Shown one piece after another: positions 43,843-56,604 of a stretch of 64,000 nt of DNA (its first letter is position 1; the number at the start of each line of letters is the position of its first letter). The translations under genes were made by a program, and so were the position numbers. This DNA is from Vulcanimicrobiota bacterium (GTDB lineage: Bacteria > Vulcanimicrobiota > Vulcanimicrobiia > Eremiobacterales > Eremiobacteraceae), in NCBI GenBank assembly GCA_963805945.1, contig CAWDVP010000002.1, forward strand, positions 384,001-448,000, read 5' to 3'. Under the pieces are notes generated by a model. It was not told where the DNA came from. It saw only the letters and a program-made list of their open reading frames with translations, and ran no database searches.

Positions 43843-45172
43843 TTTCATCAACGACCGCGCCGCCGCAGAGGCGGTGCTCGACCGCGCGCTCGCGGCCTCC
43901 ACCGCCGACGAGACCGAGGTGCTCGTGCTGGGCAGCGAGAGCGCGCTCACCCGCTACACCCACAACTACATCCATGAGAACATGGTGGAGCGGAACTGGC
44001 AGCTGTCGGTGCGCGCGGTGATCGGCAAGCGCGTCGGCGTGGCCGCCACCAACCAGCTGGATGAGGCGGGCATCGCGGACGTCGTCGCGCGGGCCGTCGA
44101 GATCGCGCGGCTCACGCCTGAAGACGAAGATTTTCCGGGCCTGCCGTCGGATGCGAGCGCCTGCACGGAGGTCGCGGCGTGCGACGAGGCGACCGCCGCG
44201 CTCTCGCCCGAAGCGCGCGCCGACGCGGTCGCGCAGATCGTGCGCGTGATGCGGCAGAACGACCTGTACGCCGCCGGCTACGTCTCGAGCCGTCACGACG
44301 CCATCGCGCTCGCCAACTCGAAGGGCGTGCGCCGCTACTTCCGCGGCTCCGACAGCGCGATCAACATCAAGGCGATCGGCGCGACGTCGAGCGGCTATGC
44401 CGAGGGCTATGCGCGCCGCTTCTCCGATCTCTCGCCGAGCAAGCTCGCCGAGACGGCCGCGCGCAAGGCGGTCCAAGGCGCGTCGCCGCAGGTGCTCGAG
44501 CCGGGCAAGTACACCGTGATCTTCGAGCCCGCGGCGTTCCGCGAGTTCCTCGGCTACCTCTCGTGGATCGGCTTCGGCGCGCAGCCGTTCGAGCAAGGCT
44601 CGTCGTTCATGAGCGGCAAGATCGGCGAGCGCATCGCCGGCGAGAACGTGACGATGCGCGATGACTTCACGCAGCCGCTCGGACTCGGCTTACCCTTTGA
44701 TTTCGAGGGTGCGCCGCGCCGGCCGGTGACGCTCATCGAGAACGGCATCGCCAAGGAGGTGGTGTACGACTCCTACTACGCGGCGAAGCTCAAGCACGCG
44801 AACACCGGACACGCATTGCCGGCGCCGAACTCCGACGGTCCGCTGCCGCTCAACGTCGTCGTCGCGCCGGGGACGCGCACGCTGGCCGAGATGATCAAAG
44901 GCGTCGAGCACGGCGTGCTGGTGACGCGCACTTGGTATATCCGGCTCGTCGACCAACGTCAGACGATCATCACTGGGATGTCGCGTGACGGGCTGTTCCT
45001 CATCCAGAACGGCGAGCTCGCGCACGGGCTCAAGAACATGCGCTTCAACGAGTCGATCCTCGGCGCGCTCGGGCGCTGCGAGCTGAGCAGCGAGCTCGTG
45101 CGCTCGGAGAGCCACGTGCTGCCGGCCGCCCGCTTCGACGACTTCCACTTCACCAGCGGCACCGAGTTCTAG
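43832..45172 (+). CDS. TldE/PmbA partner subunit
   Basis: PGKYTVIFEP, PFDFEG, TGMSRDG; no HEXXH; overlaps tldD. Confidence 0.88.
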   Translation: MGADFINDRAAAEAVLDRALAASTADETEVLVLGSESALTRYTHNYIHENMVERNWQLSVRAVIGKRVGVAATNQLDEAGIADVVARAVEIARLTPEDEDFPGLPSDASACTEVAACDEATAALSPEARADAVAQIVRVMRQNDLYAAGYVSSRHDAIALANSKGVRRYFRGSDSAINIKAIGATSSGYAEGYARRFSDLSPSKLAETAARKAVQGASPQVLEPGKYTVIFEPAAFREFLGYLSWIGFGAQPFEQGSSFMSGKIGERIAGENVTMRDDFTQPLGLGLPFDFEGAPRRPVTLIENGIAKEVVYDSYYAAKLKHANTGHALPAPNSDGPLPLNVVVAPGTRTLAEMIKGVEHGVLVTRTWYIRLVDQRQTIITGMSRDGLFLIQNGELAHGLKNMRFNESILGALGRCELSSELVRSESHVLPAARFDDFHFTSGTEF

Positions 45173-45176
45173 CGCG

Positions 45177-45698
45177 CTACTGCGTCGCTCCGGGTGAGGG
45201 CGAGACCGCGGGCGTCGGCTCGGTCACCGGCCGCCGCGGCTCGTGCGACGGAAGAAATATCTCTTTCTGCAGGCCGAACTCGTACGCGATCTTCAGCGCG
45301 CTGGAATTGAGCGCCGCGCCGTGCGCATCGGTCGGGCACGACACGTCCGGCGAACGCTGGCCGCGCCACCACACGAAGGTCCGCGTGCCGAACGACACGC
45401 TCTTCATGCAGCCCACCGTGGGCAGCTGCGACAGCGGCATCGCCGCGTCGAGGTTCGCGAAGAGCACCAGCGCCAGATCTTCGCTCAACTGCGTCTTCTT
45501 GCGCGTCGTGCCGCTCACATACTCGGCATCGCCGTTGCGCTGGATGACGATGCGATAGCCGAGCGCATTCGTCGAGCCTGTGTTGAGGATCACCGCAGCG
45601 TCGTGCGGCACCGGCAGATAGGGCACGGGCTGCGCCGCCGATGCGGGCAGCGCGCACGCGCAGGCGAGCAAGGCGGCGAGGGCAAGCGTTTTCTTCAT
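45177..45698 (-). CDS. Secreted hypothetical protein
   Basis: AAAGGAAA RBS, signal peptide MKKTLALAALL..ASA, NTGSTN and CMKSVSFGT motifs, Pro-rich tail. Confidence 0.75.
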   Translation of the reverse strand: MKKTLALAALLACACALPASAAQPVPYLPVPHDAAVILNTGSTNALGYRIVIQRNGDAEYVSGTTRKKTQLSEDLALVLFANLDAAMPLSQLPTVGCMKSVSFGTRTFVWWRGQRSPDVSCPTDAHGAALNSSALKIAYEFGLQKEIFLPSHEPRRPVTEPTPAVSPSPGATQ

Positions 45699-45778
45699 AT
45701 CTTTTCCTTTAACGTGAGCGGGCCGCACGGCGTTTCAGCAGGCGTTAAAGGCCCGTGAGGAAAATTCTTCTGTCCCGA

Positions 45779-45862
45779 GCCGAAGTGGCGAAACTGGCAG
45801 ACGCGCAAGTTTCAGGTATTTGTGTCCGCAAGGACGTGCAGGTTCAAGTCCTGTCTTCGGCA
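45779..45862 (+). tRNA. tRNA-Leu(CAG)
   Basis: GCCGAAG/CTTCGGC acceptor stem, anticodon arm CAAGT-TTCAGGT-ATTTG, long variable arm GTCC-GCAA-GGAC, GGTTCAAGTCC T arm; CCA not encoded. Confidence 0.95.
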
Positions 45863-45903
45863 AGTTCTTCGTGCGCGGCGCTCAACGCGCCAGAGGGGAT
45901 CAC

Positions 45904-48163
<2,260 letters not shown>

Positions 48164-48192
<29 letters not shown>

Positions 48193-48836
48193 CCGCGGGC
48201 GCGTCGTAACCGCGTACAGACGTGGTCAGGTGCCGGCGGTAGCGGCGCTCGACGGCGCGCAGCAAGAGATCCACTGAGATGGCTAACGCCGCCGAGACGA
48301 GCGCGCCTGCGACCGCCTTCTCCGGATAGTCATGCTCGATGCCGTCGAGCACGAGCGTCCCCAACCCGCCGGCGTTGATCCAGGCCGCCACGGTCGCGAT
48401 ACCGATGAGCGACACGGTCGCGAGGCGCACCCCCGCGATGAACACCGGAGTGGCGAGCGGGCGCTCGACACGCCACAACGTCTGCGCAGCGCTCATGCCC
48501 ATGGCGCGCGCGGCTTCGACCGTGGCGGCGTCGACGCCGTCGAGCGCCGTCGCGGTGTTGCGCACGAGGATCATCTGCGCGTAAGCGGCAAGCGCGACGA
48601 CCGCTGTCCAAAAGCCAAGCCCGAGGAGCGGGATGAGCAGCGCGAAGAGCGCGAGGCTCGGGATCGTGTAGATCACCCCGAGCACGCCGTAGACCGGCAC
48701 GGTGAGGGCACGGTAGCGCGCGGCGATGCCCGCGGGCAGCGCGACGCAAGGGCTAGCGCGAGCGCCACGCCGAGAGCGCCACGTGCTCGAGGCCTAGGCG
48801 CGCGACCAGCAGCGGATGATGGACGAGATAGCTCAT
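48164..48836 (-). CDS. Osmoprotectant-type ABC permease (5' frameshifts)
   Basis: YTIPSLAL, EAARAMGM, NAGGLG. Confidence 0.85.
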
Positions 48837-49815
48837 GGCCTCTCCCCGCGCCCGCCGCATGCGCGGCGGCTAGCATCCGCTCGAGGGTGAGCGTGCCGGT
48901 GTGGCGCCGGACGCGTCGACGACCCGCAGCCGCAACGCGCCCGCGGCGAGCATGGCCGAGAGCGCCATCCGCAGATCGCCGCTTGCCACGATCGATGGGC
49001 CGTCGCCGCGCGCCCGCGCCATCGTCAAGGGCGACGTCTGCCACCGCCATGAGGCTGAAACGGCGTACAAGTCGCCTGCGTTGACGAGTTCGCCGACAAA
49101 TGCGTCTGCCGGGCCGTGCCAAGAGGTCGAGCGGCCGCGCGTATTGCACGATGCGGCCGGCGCGCAGACGATGAGCGATCGGCCAGGCGCAGCGCCTCAT
49201 CGACGTCATGGGTCACGAAGAGCACCGTCTTGTGCAGGCGCTGAGTGCGGCGAGATCATCTCGGCCTGCAGGCGGGCGCGCTCGATCGCGTCGATCGCGC
49301 CGAACGGCTCGTCCATGAGCAGGATGTCGGGATCGGCGGCAAGCGCGCGCGCCAGGCCGACGCGCTGCTGCTTCCGCCCGAGAGCGCGCGGGATACCGCG
49401 CCGCGATAGCGCGGCGGGTGAGATCACGAGCGCCAGCATTTCGTCGACGCGCGCGCGGGTGCGCGCGGCATCGCCAGCCGAGCAGCGACGGCACGACCGC
49501 GGTGTTCTCGGCGACCGTCATGTGCGCGAACAGGCCGACCTGCTGGATGACGTAGCCGATGCCCGGCGCAGCGCGACCGCATCGACCGTCGCGACGTCGC
49601 CGCCATTGACGACACGCGGCCGGACGTCACTCGAAGAAGCGATTGACGGTCTTAGCAGCGTGTCTTGCCGCTGCCCGAAGGTCCGAGGAGCACGACGAAC
49701 TGCCCGCGCGCGACCTCAAACAGACGTCATCGACGACGCGCGGGCCCGACCGGGGCGATATTCCTTGACGACGTGTTCGAAGGCGATGCCGTGTCGGGTC
49801 TCAGGCGTCAGCGAG
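48833..49815 (-). CDS. Osmoprotectant-type ABC ATPase (heavily frameshifted, ends approximate)
   Basis: Fragments [58 protein letters not shown]. Confidence 0.75.
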
Positions 49816-49831
49816 GGACGTGGCCGGTCGG

Positions 49832-50703
49832 CTACTGCGAGGAAGTCGCGGCGACGTCGGCGGGCTCTTCCTGTCGCCGTCGACGCGCCAATTCAGACGG
49901 CGCATCGTCGCGTCGGTGAGGAACGGCGCCAGCGCGTTGAGCGCGCCCGCGATCTCGGGAAGCGCCGCGAGCGCGTCGGCGCGGACGACCGGCGCGACCT
50001 GGTAGGGCGGGAAGAAATGTTGTCGTCGTCGAGCACGACGAGATGGTCTGCATCGATCTGCCCGTCCGTGCCGAAGGCGACGACCACGTCGACGTCACCC
50101 CCAGCAGGGCACTATACTTGAGCCCGATGTCGATAGTGCACGACTCGCGAAAGGCGAAGCCGCCATAGGCTTTGACAGCCCGGGGAGCCCATCGGGCCGA
50201 TCGAGGAATTCATGAGGCGCTCCCAAGCGCAGCTGCGGCGCGAGGCTTCGCGCACTCCGACAGGTCGAAGAGGCGAAGCTCGGCGGTATGCTGCGTCGTC
50301 GCCAGCGCCTGCGTGTCGTTCATCGGCGCCGGCTGAGCCAAGTCAGATCGTAGCGCGCCGCGTACTGCGACTTACGACTGGTAGACCGCCTCGCGGTTGC
50401 GCATCGGCGCGTGCTTGAGCAGGACGAGCAATGCGGTGCCGGTGTACTCGGGGTAGAGATCGATGTCGCCGCGCGCCAGCGCGGCCATCGCGACCTGCGT
50501 GCTGCCCAAGTCGAGCCTGCGCTGCACCGGTCAAGCCGCGGTTCTCGAGCGCCAGGGCGTAGATCTCGCCGAGCAGCAGCTCTTCGGTGAAGTTCTTCGA
50601 ACCGACCTTAATGCGCGCGCGGTTGGCGCACGCGGCGGGGAGCAGCGCGCCTGCGGCGAGCATGGCGAGCGCATCACGGCGCGTGATGAGAAGGTGAGCT
50701 CAT
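49832..50703 (-). CDS. OpuAC/OsmX-family substrate-binding lipoprotein (heavily frameshifted)
   Basis: VGSKNFTEE.LLGEIYA, GDIDLYPEYTGT, AFGTDGQI, LDDD..FFPPY; RR-containing leader ending AAC. Confidence 0.75.
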
Positions 50704-51346
50704 GCGGCGATCGCGCGCGGCGTGAGCCGCCGCTGTGCGAGCGAGAGCAGACCCTCAGCCGCCAACGCGAGCAGCGCGACCGCAGATCGCCCCGGTCAGC
50801 AGTTCGCCGATGTTGTCGTTCTGCAGTCCGGCGACGATCAGGTCGCCGAGCCCACCGCCGCCGATGAACGCCGCGAGCGTCGCGGACGCGATGACCTCGA
50901 CCGCGGCGGTGCGGACGCCGGCGAGGATCACGCCGGCGCGGCGAGCGGCGTCTCGACGCGTCGAAGACCTGGCCCGGCAGCATGCCCATGCCGACCGCCG
51001 CCTCGAACCGCGGCGCGATGACCGACGCATAGCCGAGGTCGGTATTGATGAGGATCGGCGGGATGGCGAGCAGGATGAGCGCGACGAGAGCCGGCTTCGT
51101 CCCCAGGCCGAGCACCGGCAGCATGAGCGCGAGCACCGCCAGGCTCGGGATCGAACGGAGCCCCGTCATGAAGCCGACCACGCCTGCGCCGGCGGGCCGG
51201 CGCGACGTCCATATGCCGAGCGGGATGCACACGGCGGCCGCGACCAGCAACGCGCTCACGCTCAGGCCGAGATGGACGTACAGCGCGTGCAGCAGCGTCC
51301 GCTCGTTGGCGAGCACATAAGCGACCATCTGCGCAGGCCCCGTCAT
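50700..51346 (-). CDS. Osmoprotectant-type ABC permease (frameshifted)
   Basis: RSIPSLAVLA, LAIPPILINT, EAAVGMGM, ATLAAFIGGGGLG. Confidence 0.85.
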
Positions 51347-51972
51347 GGCGTCGCACCTTCAAGCCGGAGCGCCGCGCGTACCTCTTCATCCGAGGCTTCG
51401 TGGAAGTCTTCGTAGTAGCGCCCCACCGCGAACTGCCGCTCGCGCGCCGGCTGCAGCACCACGAGCCGGTCGCACGCCGTGCCGAAGCGTTCGAGGTAGT
51501 CGGCAGGCGCCACCGGGACCGCGCACACGATGCGGCGCGCCTCGAAGCGACGCGCATACGCGATCGCGCACAGCATCGTCGCGCTCGTCGCGATGCCGTC
51601 GTCGATGAGCACGACGGTGCGCCCTTTGATGTCGAGCGGGGGCCGGCCCTCGCGCAACTGCGCCTGGAGGTCCCGGGCGCGCCGCGCGGCGTCGTCGATG
51701 CGCGCTTGGAGATCGACCGGCGCGAGTTCGCGGGCGTATTCGGTGAGCACCACGTCGCCGGCTGCGGAGACGGCGCCGAGCGCGAGCTCCGGCTGGCCGG
51801 GATGGCCGACTTTGCGCACGACGCACACGTCGAGCGGCGCATGGAGCGCCCGCGCGATGGGAGCGGCGACGAGCACCCCGCCGCGCGCGATGCCGAGCAC
51901 CGCGGGCCGCTCTTCATCCTGGAGCCGGAGCGCGAGCAGCGCGCCCGCGGCGTTACGGTCTTTGAAGATTAG
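51343..51972 (-). CDS. Phosphoribosyltransferase-family protein (start uncertain)
   Basis: FKDR..AG..LA, GIARGG, RKVGHP..PELA.GA, LIDDGIATSAT, VGRYYEDF. Confidence 0.88.
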   Translation of the reverse strand, partial: LIFKDRNAAGALLALRLQDEERPAVLGIARGGVLVAAPIARALHAPLDVCVVRKVGHPGQPELALGAVSAAGDVVLTEYARELAPVDLQARIDDAARRARDLQAQLREGRPPLDIKGRTVVLIDDGIATSATMLCAIAYARRFEARRIVCAVPVAPADYLERFGTACDRLVVLQPARERQFAVGRYYEDFHEASDEEVRAALRLEGATP

Positions 51973-52390
51973 GAGCGTTCGGCGCCGGGAAGGCGCGCAC
52001 GCCGAATTGGTTCGCGGCGACTCGTTCGGCGACGAACGAATCAAGGCGGAAGCGTTCCTCTTCGCTCATGTGGACGAAGCTCACGCCGTAGCGCGCGTGG
52101 AAGCCCTGATCGCCGGGGCGTGCGTACACGACGCGGCCCGACAGTTCGTAGCGCTGGTCGCGGCCGAAATACATCGACAGGCCGAGCTGTTCGCCCACGC
52201 GCAGGCGCTGGTGGGTGCGCAGGCATGCGCCGCCGGACGAGACGTCCTGAAGGATAGCCGGGCCCTCGCCGCCGTCGATCAAGCGCAGTCTGATAGGCTC
52301 GCTCATCGCGAGACGCGTGGATAGACGCGGCTTGGTACCGCGTGCGTCTGTCTTATTCTTCGATTTGAACAGAAAGCCGAAAATGGACAT
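51953..52390 (-). CDS. PilZ-domain protein
   Basis: RGTKPR (RxxxR-like), DVSSGG (DxSxxG), GRVVY, YGVSF. Confidence 0.82.
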   Translation of the reverse strand: MSIFGFLFKSKNKTDARGTKPRLSTRLAMSEPIRLRLIDGGEGPAILQDVSSGGACLRTHQRLRVGEQLGLSMYFGRDQRYELSGRVVYARPGDQGFHARYGVSFVHMSEEERFRLDSFVAERVAANQFGVRAFPAPNAPNLQRP

Positions 52391-52443
52391 GGTCGGGCGT
52401 GCGCCCCTAGTCCGCCCCTCTCGGTCCAGTCCCCCAGGTCTTA

Positions 52444-52472
52444 ATGATACGGTCCCGTGCTAGGGGTGTCAA
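52444..52472 (-). promoter_or_regulatory. Sigma70 promoter for the pilZ-PRTase-ABC unit
   Basis: Minus strand TTGACA-N17-TATCAT. Confidence 0.75.
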
Positions 52473-52491
52473 GCGAAAGCCCGTTTGGTCG

Positions 52492-54516
52492 CTAGCCCGC
52501 CTCTTGAGGGAAACCGATGAGCCGGCCCACGAGCAGTTGTCCGTCGAGCACGAACGCGTTGCCGCCCGCGGCCCGCGCGATGCGTTTGTAGCGGGCGGTC
52601 TTGCCCGCGAGCCCCGCCAGGTTCGGTAGCGGCGATTGCAAAGCGGTGATGCCAACCACCGAGAGTCCGACGCCGGGCGGGACGGTCGAGAAATCGCCGG
52701 CGGGACCGATGTCTCTGCCGAGCGGCGCCGTTTGTTTCGCGAAGCTGTCGAGGATCTTGCGTCCCAGCCACTCGACCTTGTCCGGTGCGCATAGGATGGC
52801 GAAGTTGACGCCGCCCAGATGACCGACGAGCGCCTGCCGGTCGTCGGATTCGCCGACGACGATGGAGAGCGTCCTCGCGAGCATGGCGATCACCTCATCG
52901 CCGCGCTCGACGCCGTAGCGTTCGTTGTACGTGCGGAAGTTGAGCAGATCCGCGTGCAGCACCGCGAACGGCGTCTCCGTGGACGCACGCCGATCGATCT
53001 CTTGCTGTAGCGGGATGCGGCCGGGCAGACCGGTGAGCGGATTGGCGCTGCGCGCCATCGTCGCCTGGAACTCGGTCATCGTGTGGAGCAGATCGCGCAC
53101 CGACACGACGCCGGAATAGACGCCGTTCTCGAGCACGACGATCTCTTCGTACATCTCGGTACGGCGGCGGTGCGTCACCTTGCGCGCCACGTCTTCGATC
53201 GAATCCTTCGCGTCGACGGCGATGTACGAGTCGTCCATGACCAGCCGCGCGGGCCGCTTCGCGTAGATGGCGACGCCGAAGGGATGCGACAAGCGTTCGT
53301 ACAGCTTCGTTCGGCTCACCAGCCCGACCGGCGCGCCGAACTCGGTGAGCACGATGCTGTCGAGGTCGGAATTGCGGTCGAAGATCTCCAGCAGCTCGCT
53401 TGTGTAGGCTGTCGGCATGAGTGCGGGCGCGCGTCGCGCGATGGTGTTGATGGCCATGCGCTTGGGCATGGGTGCGGCGCGCTGCAATGCGAATTTCTCG
53501 CGGATGAACGCGGTGATCTCGGGCCGCGGCTCGATGAAGCCGGTTGACGGGCGGCCCAACAAAAAGCCTTGGCCGAGATCGACCTGGATATCGATGATGG
53601 TCGCGAGCTCGTCAACGGTCTCGATGCCTTCGGCGAGCACCTTCGCGTCGATGCGTTTGGCGAAGATGATCAGGGCCGACACGAGCGCGCTCTTGGCAGG
53701 GTCGCTATCGATGCCGCGCACGAGCGCCATGTCGAGCTTGATGTAGTGCGGCCGCACCTCGGTGACCGCACGCAGGCTGTTGTGTCCGGCGCCGGCGTCG
53801 TCGATCGCGACCTTGAAGCCCTGGCGGTAATAGTAGAGCAGTGCGTCCTTGAGCAGGGCGAAGTCGGCGACCGCCTGTTTCTCGGTGATCTCGAGGACGA
53901 CGCGCTCTTGCGCGAGCCGGCTCTGCTCCATGACCTCGCGCGACAGCCCGGCGTTCTGCTCTTCGAGCACGCGTGGGCTCAGGTTGAGGAAGAGAAAGCA
54001 GCCGCTCGGTATGCCCGCCGCAGCGGCGATGGAGCGGAAGCGGCACACGCGCTCGAGGCGTTGCGTCTCGCCGGCGGCGGCGGCGGCGGAGAACAGGGCG
54101 TCCGCGGTCTCGAGACGCGTGCCGATCGGTCCGCGCGAGAGCGCTTCGTAACCGTAGACACTGCCGTCGCTGAGATCGATGATGGGTTGGAAGACCGAAC
54201 GGATGCGGTTCTCGTTGAGCACCTGCTCGAGGTCGTCGTCGCGTTCTGCGGTCCGCGGCGGCGGTTCGAAGATGGTTGGCACGGCCTGGACCGGTCGCGG
54301 CGGCGGCGGTGTCGGCGCTTGCGGCGGCGCGGGAGTCGGCGACTGGATCGCGGGCGGCGATGTCTCGGCCGCTTGCGCGTTCTCAGGGATCTGTTGGGCC
54401 GGCGGCTCTGCGATCGCGCCTTCGGCCGACGCAGGCAGCGGCGATCGCTCGCCGGTGACGAACCCGAGCAGTCTGCTGAAGCGGCCTTTTATGCGCTTGG
54501 ATGATTCGTCGAACAC
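52492..54516 (-). CDS. EAL-CBS-degenerate GGDEF protein
   Basis: FQPI, YEALSR, EITE, IDDAGAG, IKLD, AEGIE; CBS-like middle; NPLTGLP and GHLGGVNF. Confidence 0.9.
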   Translation of the reverse strand: MFDESSKRIKGRFSRLLGFVTGERSPLPASAEGAIAEPPAQQIPENAQAAETSPPAIQSPTPAPPQAPTPPPPRPVQAVPTIFEPPPRTAERDDDLEQVLNENRIRSVFQPIIDLSDGSVYGYEALSRGPIGTRLETADALFSAAAAAGETQRLERVCRFRSIAAAAGIPSGCFLFLNLSPRVLEEQNAGLSREVMEQSRLAQERVVLEITEKQAVADFALLKDALLYYYRQGFKVAIDDAGAGHNSLRAVTEVRPHYIKLDMALVRGIDSDPAKSALVSALIIFAKRIDAKVLAEGIETVDELATIIDIQVDLGQGFLLGRPSTGFIEPRPEITAFIREKFALQRAAPMPKRMAINTIARRAPALMPTAYTSELLEIFDRNSDLDSIVLTEFGAPVGLVSRTKLYERLSHPFGVAIYAKRPARLVMDDSYIAVDAKDSIEDVARKVTHRRRTEMYEEIVVLENGVYSGVVSVRDLLHTMTEFQATMARSANPLTGLPGRIPLQQEIDRRASTETPFAVLHADLLNFRTYNERYGVERGDEVIAMLARTLSIVVGESDDRQALVGHLGGVNFAILCAPDKVEWLGRKILDSFAKQTAPLGRDIGPAGDFSTVPPGVGLSVVGITALQSPLPNLAGLAGKTARYKRIARAAGGNAFVLDGQLLVGRLIGFPQEAG

Positions 54517-54638
54517 GCCGTTCTATCTATATAAGCGGACCCTGCGAGAACGCGATGCCGTACCTAGGTCATCGGAATGGCAGGCATTGGACATTAGGCG
54601 CGAACCCCTGTTCGGCCTTGAAGTGAGCGCGAGGGTGC

Positions 54639-54881
54639 CTACTTATTGAAATAGTCGGCGTTGATCTGGGTGTATTCTTTCCACTGCTCGGGCACTTCGG
54701 TCTCGTTGTAGATCGCCGTGACCGGGCAGGCCGCGACGCATGCGCCGCAATCGATGCAGGTCGTCGGATCGATGAACAGCATCTGGTCTTCGTCGCCGCC
54801 CTTGATGCAGTCGACAGGACAGACGTCGATGCACGACTTGTCTTTGACGCCGATGCAGGGCTGGCAGATGACGTAGGTCAC
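54639..54881 (-). CDS. Dicluster (7Fe-type) ferredoxin
   Basis: C..VKDKSCIDVCPVDCI and CIDCGAC...CP. Confidence 0.93.
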   Translation of the reverse strand: MTYVICQPCIGVKDKSCIDVCPVDCIKGGDEDQMLFIDPTTCIDCGACVAACPVTAIYNETEVPEQWKEYTQINADYFNK

Positions 54882-54975
54882 TTCAGGTCTTGGGCCTCCG
54901 ATGATCGAGTGCCACGCCCTCTTCTACGCCGCCCGCTCCGGACCTACTGCGCACGCGCGCCGAAGGGCCCGCCGC

Positions 54976-55758
54976 ATGCGCGTGGAAGCCGCCGCGGTGG
55001 CGCACACGATTTCCATCGGCCGTTATACGGACATCGTTCGCAGGCTCGACGCGATCGGCCGGCGCCCGGGCTTCACGCTGACGGTGCTGGGCGTCTTGCG
55101 GCGCTCCGGCTACGCGCTGCCGTTCTTCATGGTGCGCGCGGGCCCCGCGGCCGGACCGCAATTGTGCGTGAGCGCGGGCATGCATGGCGACGAGCCCGCC
55201 GGCGTCGAGGCGCTGCTGGCGTTCCTCGAGCTGCCGTCGCAGCCGGCCATCGGCGTCACCGCCTTCCCATGCATCAACCCGGCCGGCTTCATCGCAGGCA
55301 CGCGGCGCAACGATCTCGGCCTCGATCTCAATCGCACTTTCGGCCAAGAGCGCGGACCGCAGGAGATCGAGCTCGTGCGCGCGGCGCTCGACGGCCGGCG
55401 CTTCGACGCCGGCGTGGATCTGCATGAGGATTCCGAGGCGCGCGGCTTCTATCTGTACGAGCACGTGCGCGCGCCGCGGCATGAGCTCGGGCCGCGCATC
55501 GTCGCCGCCGTACGCGCGATCGGCTTGCCGATCAACGACGTGCCGACGATCGAGGAGCGCCCGCTCGTCGACGGCTGCGTCGAGCCCGCCGACGAGACGC
55601 TCTCGCCGCTGGTCGGGTTCTTCTCCATCTACCTGTTCGACCGCCACAGCGATCAGACGCTCGTGCCGGAGTCGCCGCCGCGGCTGCCCATGCCGGCGCG
55701 CGTCGCGATGCACATCGCGACGCTCAACACGGTGATCGCCGCGCTGCCGCCGTCGTGA
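54976..55758 (+). CDS. M14-family metallopeptidase / succinylglutamate desuccinylase-like
   Basis: SAGMHGDEPAG, PCINP.G, DLNR, DLHED. Confidence 0.85.
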   Translation: MRVEAAAVAHTISIGRYTDIVRRLDAIGRRPGFTLTVLGVLRRSGYALPFFMVRAGPAAGPQLCVSAGMHGDEPAGVEALLAFLELPSQPAIGVTAFPCINPAGFIAGTRRNDLGLDLNRTFGQERGPQEIELVRAALDGRRFDAGVDLHEDSEARGFYLYEHVRAPRHELGPRIVAAVRAIGLPINDVPTIEERPLVDGCVEPADETLSPLVGFFSIYLFDRHSDQTLVPESPPRLPMPARVAMHIATLNTVIAALPPS

Positions 55759-56603
55759 GGATCCTCACCGGCACGTGCGGCTTCTCGTACCGCGACTGGG
55801 TCGGCCCGTTCTATCCGCCCGGCACGCGTAGCGCCGACATGCTCGAGCTCTACGCGCGGCGTTTCCCGGCCGTGGAGATCGACAGCACGTACTACGCGAT
55901 TCCGAAGCCGCAGCTGTTCGAGCGCATGGCCGCGCGCACGCCCGAGGCGTTCGTGTTCTCGGTGAAGGCGCCCGGCGCGATCACGCACGTGCCCGCGAGC
56001 GGCGAGCCGCTGGCGGCCGACGTCGAAGCGTTCCGGGCGTGTCTCGAGCCGCTGGTCTCGGCGGGCAAGCTCGGCGCGATCCTCGCGCAGTTCCCGCATA
56101 GTTTCCGACCCGATGCCGACGGCTACGCGCGGCTCGAAGCGATGCGCGCGTGGTGGCCCGAGCTGCCGATCGTGTGCGAGTTCCGCCATCGCGACTGGCA
56201 GCGCGACGGCGTCTTGACGCGGCTGCGCGAGCTGTCGTTCGGCTGGTGCAACGTCGACGAGCCGCAATTCGCATCGCTGCTGCGGCCCGGCGCGGAGTCG
56301 ACCTCGCCGATCGGCTACGTCCGCTTCCACGGCCGCAACTACGAGAAGTGGTGGCGCCAGGAACGCGCGTCGCACGAGCGTTACGATTATCTGTACGCTG
56401 AGACGGAGCTCGAGACGTGGATCCCGCGCATCGCCGACGTCGCCGAGCACACCGACACGACGTTCGTCTTCTTCAACAACCACCATATGGGCCGCGCGGC
56501 CGCCAATGCGCTCGACATGCGCCGCCTGCTTACGCCGCTCACCGGCGAGATCGTCGAAGCGGCAGGGCCGACTGCCGATCTTGCCGACCCGCGTCTATTC
56601 TAG
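55755..56603 (+). CDS. DUF72 (YecE) family protein
   Basis: GTCGFSY.DW.G.FYP, VEIDSTYY, QFP.SF, EFRH..W, YVRFHGRN, FFNN. Confidence 0.92.
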   Translation: MRILTGTCGFSYRDWVGPFYPPGTRSADMLELYARRFPAVEIDSTYYAIPKPQLFERMAARTPEAFVFSVKAPGAITHVPASGEPLAADVEAFRACLEPLVSAGKLGAILAQFPHSFRPDADGYARLEAMRAWWPELPIVCEFRHRDWQRDGVLTRLRELSFGWCNVDEPQFASLLRPGAESTSPIGYVRFHGRNYEKWWRQERASHERYDYLYAETELETWIPRIADVAEHTDTTFVFFNNHHMGRAAANALDMRRLLTPLTGEIVEAAGPTADLADPRLF

Positions 56604-56604
56604 G

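Noticed and set aside
42391..45172. TldDE as part of a RiPP cluster
   Set aside because: No precursor peptide, YcaO or other modification enzyme adjacent.
45779..45862. tRNA with TTCA in the loop read as Sec/suppressor, or used as an integration site
   Set aside because: The 7-nt loop TTCAGGT centres on CAG (Leu). I saw no integrase or duplicated tRNA 3' end nearby.
48700..51000. Apparent decay of the ABC transporter
   Set aside because: The very high indel density suggests a low-coverage stretch; true decay cannot be told from error without the reads.
54520..54638. c-di-GMP riboswitch or sigma28 promoter upstream of the EAL gene
   Set aside because: No GEMM-type consensus recognised, and only a weak TAAT..TCCGATGA match.
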